Shown here one piece after another: positions 1-10,064 of a DNA stretch of 64,000 bases; position 1 is the stretch's first letter; each line of letters begins with the position of its first letter. A program made the position numbers and the translations under genes. This DNA is from Phyllobates terribilis. Lineage: Eukaryota. The stretch spans positions 986,234,001 to 986,298,000 of the forward strand of contig NW_027362761.1 of assembly GCF_046119375.1 (NCBI RefSeq), in the 5' to 3' direction. The notes beneath the pieces were generated by a model, which was given only the letters and a program-made list of their open reading frames with translations, did no database searches and was not told the origin of the DNA.

Positions 1-1232
1 GTAATATAAAGACAAACTATAACCCATTGGGTCCTTCCTTTTAAATTGCTATAATTGTATTTTTTGAAAAAATTGTAATATATAATGCTAAGTGATATAA
101 ATAAAGAGGATACTTTCATTATAGTAAACATATAATTAATTGAATTAACTACTGACAACTGATTTTTTTCTATGTTATTGTTGTTATTGATTATATTAAA
201 ATATCTAATTTGTCATAGGTTTTTCTTTATCTGAAGTAGTACTATATTATATTCCATGACAGCATTTAAGCTTAGTTTTCCTTACATTTATTACTATATG
301 TAATATTCATTGTAGAATTCATTATATGTTGGAAAACATTGTTGAAGATATGGGATTAGTTAATGAACATTTCTGTAAAGTAATTTGTATGTAATCAAAG
401 TGACTGTATCACAAGGACATTTCATGTTCTTTTTTCAGTTGTCTGTTTTTTATTACTTTCTAACAAAGAAACTTACAACAGAGTAGCCAATTACAAATGA
501 AAATAAAGACATGCATAACAATATCAGTTAACATAACTTAATTACTAACTTATAGTCTACACATTAGAATATACATAGGAGCATAAAAAAATAGTAACAA
601 CGCTACCTTACAATGATGAGAAGTGAAGGAACAGCTTCTGAAGACCATTATGGAAAGACCTTCAAAAACACAATGAAAAGGTTCTCATCATAATTGTGAC
701 AGTGAACTGTGTAGAAATCAGACCGTTTGAATATAATCATGCATAATACAAGTAGATTAAAAACCATATAGAAAGGAAAGTTAGTTTAGGTGAGAAGGAA
801 AATTCAACTTACTCGATACATCAATAATTCAGAAGACAATGTTAAGCCGCGTTTAGATGTTCAGTGTTTGGTCAGTATTTACATCAGACTTTGTAAGCTA
901 AAATCAGGAGTGGAACAATCAGAGGAAAAGTATAATAGAAGCATGAGGACAACTTCTGCATTTTTCACCCACTCCTGATTTTGGTTACAAATAATAATGT
1001 ACAATACTGCCAAAATACTGAACGTGTGAATGTAGCCTTAGACCCTTGGATCAAATCTATGGGACTCAGGAATTTCCCAAATAGCCCAATATGCAAATCA
1101 CCTCTTCAGAGAAAAAGAGAACTTGAACTCTACAGCTCCACCTATTGGAAGCAGCAATCCTACAAAGTCACAATCAACCCTTTAACAAGACGTGCAATAT
1201 GACTTAGGATGAAAGCCAAATCACAATGTCAA

Positions 1233-1277
1233 TTTGCTCGCACAGTGTTTCGAGCTGTTGGCTCTCATCAGCGGAAA
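1233..1277 (-). ncRNA. Type I hammerhead ribozyme, degenerate copy
   Basis: Minus strand reads TTTCCG-CTGATGA-GAGC-CAACA-GCTC-GAAA-CAC-T-GTG-CG-AGCAAA. Core and stem II are intact; the cleavage dinucleotide and stem I are mutated. Confidence 0.75.
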
Positions 1278-1506
1278 GTATGAGAATTGATTTGGTTAGG
1301 TGAGAGGCTCTGGACTGAGGTCTAAGGGGTAACGTTTCTCCTTATAGAGAGTGACACACTAGCCCTGGCATGTCAAGGTAAGGAGGCTTATTCACCGTGC
1401 AATGTGACTTCTAGGATTGCTGCTTTCAATAGGTGGAGCTGCAGAGTTCAAGTCTTCCAATAGGTGGCACTGTAGAGTTCAAGTCCTCTTTTTCTCTGAA
1501 GAGGTA

Positions 1507-1514
1507 ATTTGCAT
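1507..1514 (+). promoter_or_regulatory. Octamer motif ATTTGCAT in the retrozyme monomer (also 1839-1846 on + and 1091-1098 on -)
   Basis: Exact octamer at the same monomer position in all three partial copies. A regulatory role is inferred. Confidence 0.5.
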
Positions 1515-1660
1515 ATTAAATTTCCCAGAGGAGCATTGCATGGCGAATAAGTCTCCTTACCTTGACCTGCCAGAGCCAGTATGTCACTCTCCAGAAGGAG
1601 AAACGTTACCCCTTAGACCTCAGTCCAGAGCCTCTCACCTAGCCAAATTAATGCTCATAC

Positions 1661-1705
1661 TTTGCACTGATGAGGGCCAACAGCCCGAAGCACCGTGTCT
1701 GCAAA
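1661..1705 (+). ncRNA. Type I hammerhead ribozyme (GAAA changed to GAAG)
   Basis: TTTGCA-CTGATGA-GGGC-CAACA-GCCC-GAAG-CAC-C-GTG-TC-TGCAAA: perfect 6-bp stem I, 4-bp stem II, near-palindromic stem III and a GUC cleavage triplet ending at 1699. Confidence 0.85.
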
Positions 1706-2224
1706 TTGAGATTCTGATTTGGCATTTATCCTAAGTCATATTGTAAGACACGTTAAAGGGTCGATTATGATTTGTAGGATTGCTGCTTCCAATAGGTGGT
1801 GCTGAGGAGTTCAAGTCCTCTTTTTCTCTGAAGAGGCAATTTGCATATTACAGTTCCCGGAGGAGCATTGCACGGCGAATAAGCCTCCTTACCTTGACAT
1901 GCCAGAGCTAGTCACGTCACTCTCCACAAAGAGAAACGTGACCCAAATAGACCAAAAAATCAATTGTTGTATACAACTATCTACTGGTGATACCCCTTAT
2001 GTAAAATGAAATATAGCCCATATGGATATGTATGATAAAATTTATTAAAATAACACATTTCAATTAAGCCTTTATCTGATGATGTTTCCCCAGTGGATAG
2101 ATGTCTGTGGCAACTGATTGTTTTTTTCTTGAAATGATGACTTTGTTACATGATGTCACGGATAAGTGGATAACAGCTGCTTGAAGCTCCAGAAATATAT
2201 TCAACTCAATTATATACAAGGATT

Positions 2225-2464
2225 TTATTTAGGGGTAAAAGACTTCAGGGGGCTGATTACAATTGAAAGTCACAATTTTCAGATTTATATTTTTTAAATA
2301 TTTAGAAAACCATGTATCATTTATTTCCTTTACACTTCACATATATATGCTACTTTTTTTGATATATCACATAAAATCCAAATAAAAAAATATATAAGTT
2401 TGTGGGTGTAACATGAAAAAATGTGGAAAAGTTCACCAGGTAATAATACTTTTTCAAGGCACTA
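2225..2464 (+). mobile_element. Degenerate right end of a Tc1-like transposon
   Basis: Ends in GAAAAGTTCACCAGGTAATAATACTTTTTCAAGGCACTA followed by TA, resembling the Tc1-type terminus ...GAATACTTTTGCAAGGCACTG+TA. Inner GGGGGCTGATTAC repeat near 2247. Confidence 0.6.
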
Positions 2465-2699
2465 TATGTGACCTTGTTATAGTCAGGGTGTAGTCATTTG
2501 TATGCAAAATTTTGCAATCTTGAATCATGGCTGGAAGATACCGAAATGAAGGTCTGATCAGATGGATAAGACAAAAGAAAAAGATTCAGATGAGATGTCA
2601 CTGGAAAGTCATAGGTTGTAAATAATTATTCTGCATCCATACTGTATTGAATGCAAAGAGTTGATGGGAGTAAATCAACCTATCTGATTATTTGTTGCT

Positions 2700-3050
2700 C
2701 CATCCCTTATTAGATACTGACTCTCCCTTGTTATGAATAGCACCATCTCTTTATGTCTCACTATGTCCTTTATTGCATTTTGTCCTCTTTTTATTATATA
2801 TAGTGCAGTCCCTTAATAATTTGTGTCCTCTCTTTTTATGCATAGTGTCATCCCTTCTTTTTTAGTTTTCTCTCTTATTTTGTATAATGCTGCCCCATTA
2901 TCATATTGAATCCTCTCTTATGAGTCATCATATTATTTAATAGCATCATATCTTATTATGTATCATGCCATCCCATCATTGCATAATGTCCTCTATTATT
3001 ATGTACAGATTTATCTCTTATTACAAAATTTCCTCCCTTATTATGCATAG
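2700..3050. repeat. Old degenerate pyrimidine-rich minisatellite / low-complexity tract
   Basis: Recurrent TGTCCTCT...TTAT...ATAGTG/ATAGCA...CCC motifs at roughly 45-bp spacing. Confidence 0.35.
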
Positions 3051-3965
3051 CACTCTATGTGGAAAGGTGTGGATTAGTGATGGCCGAGCACTAAAATGCT
3101 CGGGTACTCGTTACTCGGGTGAAGCAAATCGTAATGCTTGGGTGCTCGACCCAATAAAGAGTATAATGGAAGGTCTGGAGAGGGTCTAATCTAAAAATGG
3201 GTCAAATCAATGGAAACAGGCTGAAATAGCATGGAAACAGCATGGGGAAGTCCGCTGGAAGCATCTCTGAATCCTAGGTCGCTGCTGTTAGTTAGTTATT
3301 AGTGTTGAGCGAGCATGCTCGACACTGCTCGTTACTCGCCTGAGCATCACGCTACTCGGGATATTAGGCGAGCACCGAGCATTTCCGGGTTACTAGGGCG
3401 GGAGCTTGGGTCTCCGCCCTGCACGTTTGGAGCTCTTTACTGAGCCAATGAACATGCAGGGATTGCCAGCCAATCACTGTAATGGCACAGCCATGTTGTT
3501 TGTGGGCATTACAGTGAATGGCTGGCCGCACAGCGTCACCTCGAGTATTTAAAACCGGGCGCCGCCATCTTGGACACATTCACTCCGGATCAGATGGTGT
3601 AGGGAGAGTGCTGCTGAGTTAGGGAGAGATATATAGTGCGAAATAGGTAGTGTAGGGTCTCTAAAGCCTGCCAAATCAAACAAACAGTCCTTCTCAGGAC
3701 TAATATCCATCCCAGATATCAGTCAGGCAGGCAGGCGGGCTGTATAGGAGATGGAGTGGTTATACCAGCAAACGCTGCATTATAGTCCTGTGTGCTCCTG
3801 TTGTTCAAATTGCAAGACTTATCACCCCCGTCTCTGGGGCCAGGAAAAATTATTTTTTTTTCATCTAAATCCTGTATTTTTTTTTTCCTCAGTCAGACTG
3901 TCCAAATACGCGTCTTATTAACCTTTTGTTATTTCCCCCACCCCCCCCCCACAAAAAAAAAATTG

Positions 3966-6400
3966 AGTGTGTCTGTGACTGTTCAGACACCAATATATCT
4001 GTTTAAAAGAGTCTGGTGTAGGCCAGAAAAATAGAACTGTGGTTTTGCAGTTCCACGGGTCAAATCTCTGTATTATCCTGTTTTTGGCATTTTTTGCCAT
4101 AAAAGAAAAACTGTAATAGTGTCTGTCTGACTGGTCAGACACCAATATATCTACTTAAAAGAGTCTGGTGTATGCCACATAACTATAACTTTGGTTTTGC
4201 AGTTCCATGGGTCAAATCTCTGTATTATACTATTTTTGGCATTTTTTGTCATAAAAAAAACTGTAATAGTGTCTCCCTGACTGGTCAGACACCAATATAT
4301 CTGTTTAAAAGAGTCTGGTGTAGGCCAGAAAAATAGAGCTGTGGTTTTGCAGTTCCACGGGTCAAATCTCTGTATTATCCTGCTTTTGGCATTTTTTGCA
4401 ATAAAAAAAACTGTAATAGTGTCTCCCTGACTGGTCAGACACCAATATATCTGTTTAAAAAAGTCTGGTGTACGCCACATAACTATAACTGTGGTTTTGC
4501 AGTTCCACGGATCAAATCTCTGAATTATCCTGCTTTTTGTATTTTTGCCATAAAAAAAACAGTAATAGTGTCTTAGTGTCTCCCTGACTGTTCAGACACC
4601 AATATATCTGTTTAAAAGAGTCTGGTGTAGGCCAGAAAAATATAACTGTGGTTTTGCAGTTCCACTGGTCAAATCTCTGCATTATCCTGCTTTTGGCATT
4701 TTTTGCTGTAAAAAGAAACAGTAATAGTGTCTCCCTGACTGGTCAGACACCAATATATCTGTTTAAAAGATTCTGGTGTAGACCAGAAAAATATAACTGT
4801 GGTTTTGCACGGGTCAAATGTCTGTATTATCCTGTTTTTGGCATTGTTTGCCGTAAAAAAAAACTGTAATAGTGTCTCCCTGACTGGTCAGACACCAATA
4901 TATCTGTTTAAAAGAGTCTGGTGTACGCCACATAACTATAACTGTGGTTTTGCAGTTCCTTATGTAATTTATACATGTTATTTCATTGCTATTATGGGCT
5001 TACTTGTTGCCGGCATACTATGTCATTATTTGGTATGTAGATTCAATTCATTTGTTTTTGTATTGAACACTCTGGGGATTGCTCCCTATTTTTCTGAAGT
5101 TGGGTTTTTTATTTTGTTTTAATTTTATCTCAATAAAATTTAATATTTTAATATATCTCTAATACTCTTCAGTTTTGTGTGTTACACAAAATACAAATGT
5201 TGGATATATTGCACTCGAGTTGGATATGATACTTTATAAACCCATGGATACCATTGGGACTTTTTGTGGTTGTCACCAGTATATCTGTTTAAAAGAGTCT
5301 GGTATACGCCACATAACTATAACTGTGGTTTTGCAGTTCCACGGGTCAAACCTCTGTATTATCCTACTTTTGGCATTTTTTGCCGTAAAAAAACTGTAAT
5401 AGTGTCTCCCTGACTGGTCAGACACCAATATATCTGATTAAAAGAGTCTGGTGTATGCCACATAACTATAACTGTGGTTTTGCAGTTCCATGGGTCAAAT
5501 CTCTCTATTATCCTGCTTTTTGAGTTTTTTTGCCGCATAAAAAAACAGTAATAGTGTCTCCCTGACTGTTCAGACACCAATATATCTGTTTAAAAGAGTC
5601 TGGTGTAGGCCAGAAAAATAGAACTGTGGTTTTGCAGTTCCACGGGTCAAATCTCTGTATTATCCTTTTTTTCGCATGTTTTGCCGTAAAAAAAAACTGT
5701 AATAGTGTCTCCCTGACTGGTCAGACACCAATATATCTGTTTAAAAGAGTCTGGTGTGGCCAGAAAAATAGAACTGTGGTTTTGCAGTTCCACGGGTCAA
5801 ATCTCTGTATTATCCTGTTTTTGGCATTCTTTGCCGTAAAAAAGACAGATATAGTGTCTCCCTGACTCGTCAGACACCAATATATCTATTTAAAAGAGTC
5901 TGGTGTAGGCCAGCAAAAAAGAACTGTGGTTTTGCAGTTCCACGGTTCAAATCTCTGTATTATCCAGCTTTTGGTATTTTTTCCGTAAAGAAAAACAGTA
6001 ATAGTGTCTCACTGATTGTTCAGACACAAATATATCTGTTTGAAAGATTCTGGTGTAAGCCACATAACTATAACTGTGGTTTTGCAGTTGCACGGTTCAA
6101 ATCTCTGTATTATCCACTTTTGGGCCTTTTTTACATAAAAAAAAACAGTTTGAGTGTGTCGCTGACTGTTCAGCCCCAAATATATCTATTTAAAAAAGTC
6201 TGGTATACGCCAGTAAATTAGAACTGTGGTTTTGCAGTTCCACTGTTCACAACTCTGCATTATCCAGCTTTTGGCCTGTTTTACGTTAAAAAAAACAGTA
6301 ATAGTGTCTCCCTGTCTATTCAGTCACAAATATATCTGTTTAAAAGATTCTTGTATAGACCAGAGAAATAGAACTGTGGTTTTCCTCTTCCACGGTTCTA
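3966..6400. repeat. About 150-bp tandem array (about 15-16 units) upstream of the hAT transposase
   Basis: Unit TAGTGTCTCCCTGACTGGTCAGACACCAATATATCTGTTTAAAAGAGTCTGG... recurs at about 4116, 4265, 4416, 4724, 4869, 5399, 5549, 5701 and 5851; interrupted by unrelated DNA at about 4959-5272. Confidence 0.95.
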
Positions 6401-6467
6401 ATCTCATTTTAATTATTACCCTTTTTCCATTGATAGTGCGAGTGTAAGTTATTTTACATCATTTTCA

Positions 6468-9400
6468 ATGGGCAAGGCGCGTGGCAAGGGACATGGAACT
6501 GGACGTTCTGGTGATGGTGCGTGTAGAGGACGGGGCCGTGGTCAAGGTGAAAATGTGCCACAACCAACAGCCACATCTTCTCGCTCCCACTTCTTGACCG
6601 AATTACTAGGGAAGCACACTACAACACCAATATTGCAAACTGATCAGTGTGAACAGGTTATTAATTGGATAGCAGATAATACTTCCAGTTACCTGGCGAC
6701 CACCACCTCTGGTCTGTCTTCCACACAGTCAAATTTTAGTAGCCGTGAGTCTCGACCGCATACTCCTCTTCACCCTGATGCTCCTTCCTCCCACCATGCC
6801 GAGGGTCGTCAGACAGCAACTGATCCCACACTTGGACACTCTGAAGAGCTGTTCACTGGTCCATTTCCAGATTTGTGCCCCTCGCCTGCTCCGCTTGAAG
6901 TGATGGAAGAGGAGATCCCATGTAGCGATGCCCAAATATTTGAACAGCCACGGCCTGAGGAAGTCGACGCTGGCAATTTGTCACAAGAGGTGGACGATGA
7001 TGAGAAACAACAGCCAGGAAGTAAGGAGGAGGATCGTGGTGCGCAAGTGGAAGAGGTGGAAGTGGTTGATGATCTAGTAACTGACCCAACGTGGCAGGAG
7101 GGCATACAGAGTGAGGACAGCAGCACACAGGGGGAGGGAGGCAAAGTACCCCAGCAGGCAGGAAGAAGCAGTGAGGTGGCCACACACAGAAGGCGGGAAA
7201 CAGTTCCCCGTAACACCGACACGAGGGACATTGCAAGTACTACCGGTAGGTCTTCCAGAGTCTGGAATTTTTTTAAAGACTCTGCTGATAACCCCAAAAA
7301 GGCCATTTAGTACCACCTGCCATGCCAGCATCAGCAGGGATGACAAAACTACCAGCCTGACCACCACCAGCATGATCAGGCACATGGCAACAAAGCACCC
7401 GACTTTGTGGGGCGAACCCCAGGGTCCACGACCAGTGTCAGCGGGTGTCACCACTGCTTCTTCCACTGTTGTGCGTGTAATATAACCCCCTGTTGTGCGT
7501 GCAAGGCAATCCCCTGTCCACACTGCATCCAAAGATGCCCCCTCCTCTCAGTCTTCACTTGTTATGGCAGTCTCTCAAGAAACAGCATCATTGTCCACGT
7601 CCACGTCCCACCGCAGCGTTCAATTGTCCATATCCCAGAGCTTTGAACGAAAGCGCAAATTCGCAGCCAACGCCCCACAGGCCACAGTCCTAAATTCGCA
7701 CATTTCACGACTGCTTGCGTTGGAATTGCTGCCTTTTAGGCTGGTGGAGACGGAATGCTTCCGCAACCTTATGGTGGTGGCCATCCGTCGGTACTCGGTC
7801 CCCAGCTGACACTATTTTGCCCGGTGTGCCATCTCTGCACTACACAAGCACTTGTCCCAAAACATCTGCCATGCCCTCAACAACGCAGTTACTGGGAGAG
7901 TCCACCTGACAACGGACACGTGGACAAGTGCTTGTGGCCAGGGATGGTATATCTCCCTGACGGCACACTGGGTAAACATAGTGGAAGCCAGGACCCAGTC
8001 GGACCTTGGTACGGGACACATTCTCCCCACACCGAGGATTGCAGGCCCTATGTCAGTCAGAGTTGACCCCACAGTGTACAGCTCCTGCGCATCATCCTCT
8101 TCCTCCACCTCATGTTCAGCCTACATTTCAGATATCACCACATCAGTTACAAGCTTGAAGCACTGCAGTACTGCCTCAGCCAAGCGGCAACAGGCTGTGC
8201 TGAAACTCATAAGCTTAGGTGATAAACCTCACACTGCTTGTGAGTTGTGGACAGCTGTGAAAGAGCAGGCAGATCTGTGGCTGAGACCGCTGAACGTACA
8301 TCCAGGCATGGTCGTGTGTGACAATGGCCGTAACCTGGTGGCGTCTCTGAGGCGAGGCGAGATCACACACGTACCATGCCTGGCTCATGTGCTTAACCTT
8401 GTGGTTCAGCGGTTTCTTAAATCGTACCCCGAGTTGCCACATCGGCTCGTCAAAGTACGCCATTTTCGCAAGTCGGCTACAGCTTCCGCCGCCCTTGCTG
8501 TGTTGCAGTAGCATTTGCAGCTTCTGGCACACCGACTGGTCCCCACACGTTGGAACTCTACCCTCCACACGTTGCAAAGTATTTGTGAGCAGAAAAAAGC
8601 AGTTGTGGAGTACCAGCTGCAACAAGGCCGTCGATATTCAGGTCAGACTCCACACATAAGACCTCAGGAGTGGACCTGGATGTCTGACATATGTACCATC
8701 CTGACAAAGTTTGAGGCGTTCACCAAGATGGTGAGTGGCGATGAAGCCATCATAAGCATCAGCATCCCACTTGTCAGTATTTTGCAACGCTCTCTGCAGA
8801 GAATTAAAGAGGAGGCATTGCAGCTAGAGTATGATGAGATGGATCAAGAACCCGCAATGGGCGATTACACTCAGCCCAGCCTCATCTCATCCCAACGTGC
8901 ATTGGGGGACAATGAAGGAGAGGAGGAGGAGGAGGAAGAAAAGGAGCTGGTATCATGCACTGTAGACGGTAGTACCTGTACAACTGTCATACAGTCGGTT
9001 CAGCGTGGGTGGCCTGAGGACAGGGAGGAGGAGGAGAGCCTGGTCAGTCGTCATCTTGGTGAGGACACGGAAGTCTTGCCCGTTACCAGTCTGGCATGCA
9101 TGGCTGACTTTATGTTACGCTGCCTTAACCGTGACCCTCGCGTTGCCAAAATGTTGGGTGACAGTCATTACTGGTTGGTGACACTTTTAGACCCCCGCTA
9201 CAAGGAGAACTTTCACTCTCTTATTCCTGAGGTGGAGAGGTCTGCAAAAATGGTTCAGTACCAGAAGGCCCTTGCTGCAGAACTGTTAAAAAAATTCCCA
9301 TCTGAACACGCTAACGGCAGAGGTCACAGTTCATTGACCAACCAAGGTGTACAGGCGAGAGAGACGCAACTCCAATCCAGCAGAGGCAGGGGAACACTGT

Positions 9401-9783
9401 CAACATTCTGGGACAGTTTTCTGAGACCCAAACAGCTTACAGGCCCTGAAGCGCGGGGTACTCTCACAAGGAGTGGAAAGTTTCAAAAGATGGTGAGGGA
9501 GTACCTTGAGACAGTACCAGTGTCCTCCGTGATTCCTCTGTGCCTTTTAATTATTAGGTATCCAAGCTGGAATGGACTCGATCTGTATGCCTTGGAGGTC
9601 CTGGCTTGCCCTGCCGCTAGCATGTTATCGGAACGTGTTTTTAGTGCCGCTGGGGAAATTATAACTGATAAGCGCACTCGCCTGTCAACTGACAATGCTG
9701 ACAAGCTGACCCTTATCAAAATGAACAAGGGCTGGATTGGGCCAGACTTCTCATCACCACCAAATGACAGCAGAGTAACATAA
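6468..9783 (+). pseudogene. hAT transposase pseudogene (BED zinc finger, DDE core, C-terminal dimerisation domain), about 1100 codons
   Basis: BED-like VWNFF...C..CH...MIRHMATKH; HLTTDTW, VCDNGRN, CLAHVLNLVV, TRWNST, CPAASMLSERVFSAAG. One +1 frameshift near 7309 and in-frame stops at 7483, 7807 and 8509. Confidence 0.95.
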
Positions 9784-10064
9784 AGACAAATCCACTGTAT
9801 TATATCGGGAGGTGTATTCCCATGCACCGCTTCACACCCACACATGTTTATACGCTATCTCAATTCAGCTTTTTTTTGCTCTTCTCCTTATCCTCAGCCT
9901 CCACCACTATACCACCAGGGTGACCATGGTCCGTGTTGCCAGTATTGCAAGTTCCTCCGTCCTAACTTTTGGAAGCTTTTGCTTGGAAGGCATAGGCAAA
10001 GACTATGGGAGACCCACTCCTCAATAACGGGAATAATGTTTTCAATATGCTGTACTGCATGGCT

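Larger units (their letters stand above)
1090..1941. mobile_element. Retrozyme / satellite-2-like retroposed tandem element (332-bp monomer; inverted 5' part plus direct part)
   Basis: The same monomer reads on - from about 1401 to 1090 and on + from about 1403 to 1941. Plus-strand octamers at 1507 and 1839 are 332 bp apart. Flanked by CCCAAATAGCCCAA (1076-1089) and CCCAAATAGACCAA (1942-1955), 13/14 identical. Carries hammerhead motifs on both strands. Confidence 0.8.

Noticed and set aside
612-642. C box (ATGATGA) and D box (CTGA) pair
   Set aside because: Only about 30 nt apart, too short for a C/D snoRNA, with no terminal stem.
790-1202. Short ORFs in AT-rich DNA (also 32670-32933 and 53870-54082)
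   Set aside because: No domain similarity, no convincing splice context, and lengths expected by chance.
3792-6447. Many short repeated ORFs (MVLQFHGSNLCII..., QRFDPWNCKT...) here and at 30272-31887
   Set aside because: Translations of the 150-bp array, with frequent frameshifts between units.
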